From the NCBI GenBank assembly GCA_044440125.1, contig JBITAJ010000012.1, positions 32,001 to 96,000 of the forward strand: a stretch of 64,000 bases of DNA, written 5' to 3'. The notes beneath the pieces were generated by a model. That model saw only the letters and a list, made by a program, of their open reading frames with translations, did no database searches and was not told where the DNA came from. This DNA is from Sedimentisphaeraceae bacterium JB056 (GTDB taxonomy: Bacteria > Planctomycetota > Phycisphaerae > Sedimentisphaerales > Sedimentisphaeraceae). Numbering within the stretch: the stretch's first letter is position 1; each line of letters begins with the position of its first letter. Position numbers and translations under genes: made by a program. Below, piece after piece: positions 57,935-64,000 of the stretch.

Positions 57935-58231
57935 TTAGCTTTTTCTAAAAACTGCTACAATATTGTCTACATCGACAACAAAAAGGCGATTATCGCCCTC
58001 AAAATCCACAGGAATTGCTCCCTTGGGATTGAAAAGTACCTTGTCATATTGCTGGAGTGGTATCTCCGGGCAGTTTTCAACTTCGGTTGACACCGTGATG
58101 ATACGACCGGTTATTGTCGGTATTTCGATGTTGTCGGGCAGTTGAATGCCGCCTTTTGTTTGTTTTTTATCTTCGTCTTTACGGATAAGTATTCGTTTTC
58201 CGATAGGCTCTACTGTCTCAAATTCTGTCAT
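57935..58231 (-). CDS. Co-chaperonin GroES-family protein (no adjacent groEL)
   Basis: 'PIGKRILI...QTKGGIQLPD...DKVLF...IVAV'. Confidence 0.85.
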   Translation of the reverse strand: MTEFETVEPIGKRILIRKDEDKKQTKGGIQLPDNIEIPTITGRIITVSTEVENCPEIPLQQYDKVLFNPKGAIPVDFEGDNRLFVVDVDNIVAVFRKS

Positions 58232-58442
58232 AATAAAATCCTGATCTATAAAGAGTTATGATTTTTATTCTGTTTAATTCATAATAGGGACATCATGACG
58301 CACCGGTAAATTTACTTTTAAGATGCGGCAAATATCACTCCAATCCCACATTATCGCAATTTTGACATATTTTTCAATATAATTGGACAGCTTTTTTATC
58401 GCCGCTGGTTTTCTGTTGGCGAAATAGAGATTGATATTTGTT

Positions 58443-58518
58443 TTTTGACAGGATTACAGGATTTACATGATTGTTGGGGATACCCAAATTGTAGAGACGC
58501 GATTAATCGCGTCTCTAC
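58443..58518. repeat. Composite repeat copy 1: ACAGGATT(T) units plus 28-bp perfect GTAG palindrome
   Basis: GTAGAGACGCGATTAATCGCGTCTCTAC at 58491-58518. Confidence 0.9.
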
Positions 58519-58537
58519 GGAGATGATTTTCTATGAT

Positions 58538-60025
58538 TTAGTCGGCCGGTACACATCTTCCTTCTGCCCATTGGTACAGATTGGCAATTTTTTCCCGCAT
58601 TGTTACCGACAGCGGCGGCGATGTCTGCAACACTTTTACAATCATTTCTGTTGTCAGATCAGTTTTTCTTGCAAAGGATTTATGCAATGCCGAAAGAATC
58701 GCCTGTTCAATTTCTGCACCGCTGAAGCCGTCTGATTCTTTTACTAACAGGCTGACATCAAAGTCTTCGGGTTTTTGCTTGCGTTTTTTAAGGTGGATTT
58801 CGAAGATCCTTTCTCTTGCCTCGGCCTTTGGCAGGCCAACGAAGAAAATTTCGTCAAATCTTCCCTTTCTTAAAAGCTCAGGGGGAAGTGCCTCTATGTC
58901 GTTTGCGGTTGCGATTACAAATACCGGTGTTTTGTGCTCCTGCATCCATGTCAGCAGTGAGCCGAACATTCTTCTGCTCAGTCCGCCGTCACTTGACTGG
59001 CTTGAGGCCCCGGCGAATGCTTTCTCTATCTCGTCTATCCATAAAATCACTGGCGACATAAATTCTGTCTGCCTCAGCGCATCACGCAGATTCTTTTCCG
59101 ATTGGCCGATATAGCTGTTGTAAAGTACGTTGGGATCGAGTCTTAGCAAAGGCTGTTTCCATGCTGTAGATACGGCTTTTGCGCATAAACTTTTTCCCGC
59201 TCCCTGCACGCCGAGCATAAGAACGCCTCTTGGTACATCCAATCCGTATTCGCTTGCCTTGTCACTGAATGCCGCCTTACGGTGTTTGAGCCATTTTTTG
59301 AGGTTGTTCATGCCGCCGATTTCTTTCAAATCCAGAGGCGATTGTATGAATTCCAGAAGCCCTTCTTTTTGAAGCATCTTTCGTTTACCGGCTATCACGG
59401 TGTTTACGTCATTGTCGTCAAACATCTTATCTTCGGCGACGCAGTCTTTTACGAGTTGTTTTGCCTGCCTTCTTGTCAATCCCCGCAAGTTGCGGACAAC
59501 TGCGTCCATTCCGCGTTGTGTTATACCCACTTCGATTGGATTGCAACTGTGGATTTCTCTTAAAGTCTGCTTTACAAGATTGACCAGTTCATCTTCTTTG
59601 GGCAGTGAAATGTCATAGGTTTTTGCGTATGATTTGAGTACTTCCGGGAGGGTGTCTTGGCTTTCGATGAGAATTAAAACGCCGTTGTTTTTTTCTAATT
59701 TAGCGAGAGTATCCCTCATTATTCGCAGATTAAGCTTGTCTTCTAAATGTGAGACTAAATCCAGTGCTACGCAGATTTTATCGTCACCATTCATTGCGAA
59801 ATGGCAAAGTCCCAATGCAGGTTTGTCTGTGTCTTCGTATGCCTCTGATTCGGCCATCATGCCGTCTCTAACTCCATAGCCCAGTGACCAGATGCACATC
59901 GATTTTTTAAGCTCGAGCGTTGTCTGAACTAATATGTCCAATGTGTCACGTTCCTCGTGGGTTTCGATATAGATAAAACGGTTTCCGCCTTGTATCAGTT
60001 TTGCGATTTCCAAATAATCCTGCAT
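58538..60025 (-). CDS. AAA+ ATPase (Ycf46-like)
   Basis: 'IGGMNNLKKWL', Walker A 'GVQGAGKS', Walker B 'LWIDEIEK', 'LPPELLRKGRFDEIFFV'. Confidence 0.9.
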   Translation of the reverse strand: MQDYLEIAKLIQGGNRFIYIETHEERDTLDILVQTTLELKKSMCIWSLGYGVRDGMMAESEAYEDTDKPALGLCHFAMNGDDKICVALDLVSHLEDKLNLRIMRDTLAKLEKNNGVLILIESQDTLPEVLKSYAKTYDISLPKEDELVNLVKQTLREIHSCNPIEVGITQRGMDAVVRNLRGLTRRQAKQLVKDCVAEDKMFDDNDVNTVIAGKRKMLQKEGLLEFIQSPLDLKEIGGMNNLKKWLKHRKAAFSDKASEYGLDVPRGVLMLGVQGAGKSLCAKAVSTAWKQPLLRLDPNVLYNSYIGQSEKNLRDALRQTEFMSPVILWIDEIEKAFAGASSQSSDGGLSRRMFGSLLTWMQEHKTPVFVIATANDIEALPPELLRKGRFDEIFFVGLPKAEARERIFEIHLKKRKQKPEDFDVSLLVKESDGFSGAEIEQAILSALHKSFARKTDLTTEMIVKVLQTSPPLSVTMREKIANLYQWAEGRCVPAD

Positions 60026-60154
60026 AAATCTCTCCTGTAATACCTGCTCAAAATAACAACAACAAAATTGTTATTGCACCTTATATCATAATTCAAATAG
60101 TTTGCGATGCAATTCAAAACCTATAAAAAAATTTGAAAAGGCGTATTCAGATAG

Positions 60155-60230
60155 TTTTGACGGGATTGCAGGATTTACAAGATTGTTGAGAATATCCAAA
60201 TTGTAGAGACGCGATTAATCGCGTCTCTAC
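60155..60230. repeat. Composite repeat copy 2
   Basis: Same leader, and the palindrome GTAGAGACGCGATTAATCGCGTCTCTAC at 60203-60230. Confidence 0.9.
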
Positions 60231-60241
60231 GGGGCATTTTG

Positions 60242-60547
60242 TCAAATCTCAGTGAATGAACCAAACGCAAGTAATAGTCCGAGTAGTCCCCATAGTATTA
60301 TCATAAATATGAGAGATGTGTTTAATAGAAAACGAATACGTTGGTATCTTCTTTTCTCTTGCTCATTTATCGTTTCTATGATAAGTTTTTTCATTTGTTT
60401 CTGTTCTTTAATGAAACTCCATGAAAAAATATTGAACCGGATCAGATTTTTGTTTGCGAGAATTATTTTTTGCAAGTATGTTAATATGAAGTTAAATAAC
60501 GAGATGCATATAAATAATCCTAAAATAATTTTTAATTCTATGCTCAT
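60242..60547 (-). CDS. Small hypothetical membrane protein (2 TM)
   Basis: 101-aa AT-rich ORF with AGGA RBS and two hydrophobic segments. Confidence 0.55.
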   Translation of the reverse strand: MSIELKIILGLFICISLFNFILTYLQKIILANKNLIRFNIFSWSFIKEQKQMKKLIIETINEQEKRRYQRIRFLLNTSLIFMIILWGLLGLLLAFGSFTEI

Positions 60548-60576
60548 AATAAAATCCTAAGCGGTTCATTTTGATG

Positions 60577-61266
60577 TTAGATAATCGGTTCCTTTTTGCC
60601 GAGGAATTTAGGGGATTTGTTTGTGATGTATAAATCGGCAAACATTTTACATCGTGCGAATGATTCTCTTGCGAACATTTTGAGTTTCTTGTCGTTGTCG
60701 GTTACGTTGTTTGCGTTGAAGGCGATCGCCTTGATTCCGTTATGCTCCGCTATATACACCGCACGGCTGTTGTGGAATTCCTGGGATATGATGGTTATTT
60801 CATCAAGGCAGAATATTTCTTTCGCCCTTACTATCGAATCCAGTGTTCTAAAGCCAGCGAAATCACACGTAATATCTTCCTGCGGCACACCTCGTTCGAT
60901 CAGTGCCTGTCTCATATCTTTCGGCTCGTTATAACCTTTGCGGCTGTTGTCACCGCTGACCAATATATGCTCGATTTTACCTTGTTTGTAGAGCTCCGCG
61001 GCGGCATTGACGCGGTGAAGAAAATATAGATTGAGCCGGCCGTCCTGAACATATTTGCAAGTACCCAGCAATAAGCCGACTTTATTATGCGGCACATCTT
61101 TGGTGTCATCAAAGAGCTTGCTTTGTGTGGCAGATGTCACCGTTTTATAAACACATAATGGCGCAACTACAGCAATGATTATCGCGAATATTACCAACGT
61201 AATCACGCTTTTAATTTTTCTCCGTATAAATTGTGGGATAAACATAATCCGACTCTTTCCAAACAT
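60577..61266 (-). CDS. SanA/YdcF (DUF218) family protein
   Basis: 'GLLLGT', 'LVSGDN...YNEP', 'DFAGFRTLDS', 'SQEFHNSRA', 'RESFAR'. Confidence 0.9.
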   Translation of the reverse strand: MFGKSRIMFIPQFIRRKIKSVITLVIFAIIIAVVAPLCVYKTVTSATQSKLFDDTKDVPHNKVGLLLGTCKYVQDGRLNLYFLHRVNAAAELYKQGKIEHILVSGDNSRKGYNEPKDMRQALIERGVPQEDITCDFAGFRTLDSIVRAKEIFCLDEITIISQEFHNSRAVYIAEHNGIKAIAFNANNVTDNDKKLKMFARESFARCKMFADLYITNKSPKFLGKKEPII

Positions 61267-61355
61267 ATAATGGTTGATTATATCAATAAAAAGAGTTTGG
61301 TAAATATTATTTTGATTCTATGTTTGTTTTCTGCAGTTCCGTAAACATCCGAATT

Positions 61356-61383
61356 GTAGAGACGCGATTAATCGCGTCTATTG
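61356..61383. repeat. REP-like palindrome copy 3 (degenerate end)
   Basis: GTAGAGACGCGATTAATCGCGTCTATTG, preceded by ATCCGAATT. Confidence 0.85.
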
Positions 61384-61403
61384 CGGATAATTTATTGCGA
61401 CAT

Positions 61404-62552
61404 TTACGATAAGCGATTCTTGAAATCTTCATATGTGAAGTGTCGTTGGAGTTTCAATTTGTCGGTGTCAGGGTCGTATGTTACTATGTCTGGCAGGTTT
61501 ATGCCGTTGAACATATTGTTTTTAACCATTGAGTAGATGCTCATATCGTGGAATACGAGGCGGTCGCCGATTTTAAGCGGCTCGTTGAATGCGTATTTTC
61601 CGATGATATCTCCGGCAAGACAGGTTGGGCCTGCGAAGCGGTAGCAGTATGGGGCGTTGCCTTTTTCGAAGCTGTTTTCAACGTGCGGGCGGTACGGCAT
61701 TTCCAGTACGTCCGGCATATGAGCAGCAGCGGAAGTATCGAGAATTGCGATCGGCATATCACGTTCGATAATATCGAGAACTGTGCTGACGAGGAATCCG
61801 GTATTGAGAGCCACAGCCTCGCCCGGTTCCAGATACACCTTCACGTTATAGCGATTCTGGAAGTCGGTTATCAGTCTGCAAAGCAGGTCAACATCGTAAT
61901 CTTCGCGGGTTATGTGGTGGCCGCCGCCAAAGTTAACCCAGTCCATTTGCGGCAGGTATTTACCGAATTTTTCCTCAACAGCAACGAGAGTTCGTTCGAG
62001 TGCATCGCTTCCAAGCTCGCAGAGCGTATGGAAATGTATGCCGTTTATGCCTTCGAGGTTTTTGCCCTCAAATTCCTCGGCAAGGATTCCCATTCGCGAA
62101 CCCGGCGAACATGGGTCGTAGATGGCTGTTTTTACTTCGCTATGACGCGGGTTTACACGAAGCCCGCATTCGGGTCTCCGGCCGCTCTTTTCAACAAGCG
62201 GCTTGTAAAGCTCCCACTGGCTGAACGAATTGAACACGATATGGTCGCATATTTCGAGGTATTTGTCGAACTCATCTGGGCGAAATCCCGGTGCGCAAAG
62301 GTGCACTTCGCCGCGGAACTCCTCTTTTGAAAGCCGAGCCTCAAAAAGCGAACTTGCCGCCGCTCCAACAAGATATTCACGGCACAAATCAAACGTTGAC
62401 CATGCGGCATAGCCCTTGAGAGCAAGCATTATCTTACAGCCGGTTCTATCCTGAACGCTTTTGAGCAGTTCGAGATTTTTCAGCAGTAATCCGCGATCAA
62501 TCACGTAACACGGCGTTGCAGGTTCGTTTATGTTAAAATTTATCGGGTTCAT
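61404..62552 (-). CDS. nspC: Carboxynorspermidine decarboxylase
   Basis: 'TPCYVID', 'LALKG', 'YDPCSPGSRMG', 'GGGHHIT', 'HMPDVLEMPY', 'TCLAGD'. Confidence 0.95.
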   Translation of the reverse strand: MNPINFNINEPATPCYVIDRGLLLKNLELLKSVQDRTGCKIMLALKGYAAWSTFDLCREYLVGAAASSLFEARLSKEEFRGEVHLCAPGFRPDEFDKYLEICDHIVFNSFSQWELYKPLVEKSGRRPECGLRVNPRHSEVKTAIYDPCSPGSRMGILAEEFEGKNLEGINGIHFHTLCELGSDALERTLVAVEEKFGKYLPQMDWVNFGGGHHITREDYDVDLLCRLITDFQNRYNVKVYLEPGEAVALNTGFLVSTVLDIIERDMPIAILDTSAAAHMPDVLEMPYRPHVENSFEKGNAPYCYRFAGPTCLAGDIIGKYAFNEPLKIGDRLVFHDMSIYSMVKNNMFNGINLPDIVTYDPDTDKLKLQRHFTYEDFKNRLS

Positions 62553-62619
62553 AGGAGCGTATTTTAAATGCTTTGGGATAATAGGCAAGTTTTTTTTATT
62601 TGAAATCAGAACTGATACA

Positions 62620-62638
62620 GTATATACTTCGTATATAC
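62620..62638. promoter_or_regulatory. Putative antitoxin operator
   Basis: GTATATAC-TTC-GTATATAC (both a direct and an inverted repeat) just before the AGGAG RBS. Confidence 0.6.
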
Positions 62639-62653
62639 ATAGGAGATACTGAT

Positions 62654-62881
62654 ATGATTAAAAATTTAACAAAACATGGTAATAGTTACGCTATTGTTAT
62701 CGATAAGCCCATACTTGAGCTGCTCAAAGCAACTCCTGAAACGCCGTTTGAGATAATTTCTGACGGCAGATCACTGGTTTTGACACCAGTAAGGACGGAA
62801 GAGCAGGAAGAAAAATTTGAGCAGGCAATGTCAATGATTCATAAAAGATTCGGCAAGGCGATGAAAAAACTGGCAGAATAA
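62654..62881 (+). CDS. AbrB/MazE-type antitoxin
   Basis: 'LTKHGNSYAIVIDKPILELL'. Confidence 0.9.
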   Translation: MIKNLTKHGNSYAIVIDKPILELLKATPETPFEIISDGRSLVLTPVRTEEQEEKFEQAMSMIHKRFGKAMKKLAE

Positions 62882-63277
62882 ATGGTACCACAGAGTATAA
62901 TTTTTCTCGATTTTGGCAAAATTCTCCGTATTCATAACGAATTAATAGCTCACTACGGAGGTTCGCACGGAATTCGTGATTCAGAGCTTCTTAAGTCTGC
63001 GGTAGAAATGCCTGTTGCTTCATTCGATGGTCGCTATCTTCATCAAAATATTTTTGAGATGGCTGCCGCTTATATGTATCACATAACACAAAATCATCCA
63101 TTCATTGATGGTAACAAAAGAGTTGGTGCTGCTTCAGCAATAATCTTTCTTTCAATCAATGATATTGAAATTGAAAATGATCAGGATGGGTTAATAGAAC
63201 TTAGTTTGAAAGTAGCTTCTGGTAAGGCCTATAAAGAACAAATTGCAGATTTTTTTAGAAAAAACGCAATTAGATAG
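62882..63277 (+). CDS. Doc (Fic-family) toxin
   Basis: 'HPFIDGNKR' motif; 'GGSHGIRD'. Confidence 0.93.
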   Translation: MVPQSIIFLDFGKILRIHNELIAHYGGSHGIRDSELLKSAVEMPVASFDGRYLHQNIFEMAAAYMYHITQNHPFIDGNKRVGAASAIIFLSINDIEIENDQDGLIELSLKVASGKAYKEQIADFFRKNAIR

Positions 63278-63282
63278 ATGAA

Positions 63283-63311
63283 AAGGACGAACGTTTTTGG
63301 CGTTCGTCCTT
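63283..63311. terminator. Bidirectional terminator
   Basis: AAGGACGAACG-N7-CGTTCGTCCTT between convergent genes. Confidence 0.75.
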
Positions 63312-63344
63312 GGGTTTTTTGTCAATAATCTTGGTTTTCAGCTT

Positions 63345-64000
63345 TTATACGCTGAAATTGAAATCGCAGTCTATTACTTTCCACGGGAGGCCGTGATTGT
63401 TGAGCATTTCCATGAATGGATCAGGGTCGAACTGCTCCATATTGTAAACGCCATCTTTTTTCCACTTTCCGGTAAGCACCATTGCCGCACCGATCATTGC
63501 CGGTACGCCGGTTGTGTATGAAACTGCCTGAGCGCCAACTTCTTTGAAGCATTCGGCATGGTCGCATACGTTATAGATCATGATTTTCTTTTTCTGTCCA
63601 TCCTTGATGCCTTCTATAATGGTTCCTATGCAGGTCTTGCCCTGATAGTTTGTACCAAGTGATCCGGGATCCGGCAGTACAGCCTTCAAAAATTGCAGCG
63701 GCACAATCTCTTTGCCTTCATACATCACAGGCTCAATGCTTGTCATACCCACATTCTGCAGTACGCGAAGGTGTGTTATGTATTCCTGCCCGAATGTCAT
63801 CCAGAAGCGAATGCGTTTTAGCCCATTGATGTGCTTAACGAGCGACTCTTCCTCTTCGTGATAGAGCAGGTAGCCCTTGCGAACGCCAACTTCCGGAAAA
63901 TCGATGTCATCAGAGATGCTCATCGCAGGAATCTCTTTCCATTGTCCCTCTTCCCAGTATTTACCGGGCTGAGTAATCTCACGGATGTTGATTTCCGGGT
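63345..64000 (-). CDS. Carboxynorspermidine synthase (saccharopine dehydrogenase family), 5'-truncated by the window edge
   Basis: Frame stays open to the window end ('PEINIREITQPGKYW'); 'YHEEEESL', 'QAVSYTTGVPAMIGA'. Confidence 0.92.
   Translation of the reverse strand, partial: PEINIREITQPGKYWEEGQWKEIPAMSISDDIDFPEVGVRKGYLLYHEEEESLVKHINGLKRIRFWMTFGQEYITHLRVLQNVGMTSIEPVMYEGKEIVPLQFLKAVLPDPGSLGTNYQGKTCIGTIIEGIKDGQKKKIMIYNVCDHAECFKEVGAQAVSYTTGVPAMIGAAMVLTGKWKKDGVYNMEQFDPDPFMEMLNNHGLPWKVIDCDFNFSV

Noticed and set aside
58491..61383. 28-bp repeats as a CRISPR array
   Set aside because: Copies are more than 1 kb apart with whole genes between them, and there are no cas genes; they fit GTAG-type REPs
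61548..62330. 260-aa plus-strand ORF
   Set aside because: Antisense to nspC
1..64000. tRNA or rRNA genes
   Set aside because: None recognised by eye; tRNAscan-SE and barrnap were not run

Overview
Bacterial chromosomal window, most likely from an anaerobic planctomycete (inferred as Phycisphaerae/Sedimentisphaerales-like from the PEP-CTERM protein, the prepilin/H-X9-DG protein, the 'D-x-x-x-D-C-x-V...WL' dockerin-like motifs and the expanded SecA). 1-28.2 kb is a polysaccharide-utilisation-type locus: AraC and LacI regulators, secreted glycoside-hydrolase-like proteins, DNRLRE-like repeat proteins, a sodium:solute symporter, two GH123-like proteins, an SGNH esterase and five UroD/MtaA-fold proteins. 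28.6-38.5 kb is housekeeping (efp, secA, bamD-like, lptE-like, ftsH, dsbD). The rest mixes core genes (purD, GT2, etfBA plus an FAD dehydrogenase, DEDDh exonuclease, nadE, lemA, orphan groES, AAA ATPase, sanA-like, nspC and carboxynorspermidine synthase) with three type II TA modules, REP-like palindromes and three AT-rich accessory inserts. The best candidate for a new system is the AT-rich, tightly coupled minus-strand operon at 49.1-53.4 kb: TIR-domain protein, TRAM-less radical-SAM methylthiotransferase, an unannotated 53-aa ORF and an NSS/SLC6 transporter. It is bordered by a decayed IS3 fragment. All calls come from reading motifs by eye; no database searches were run.
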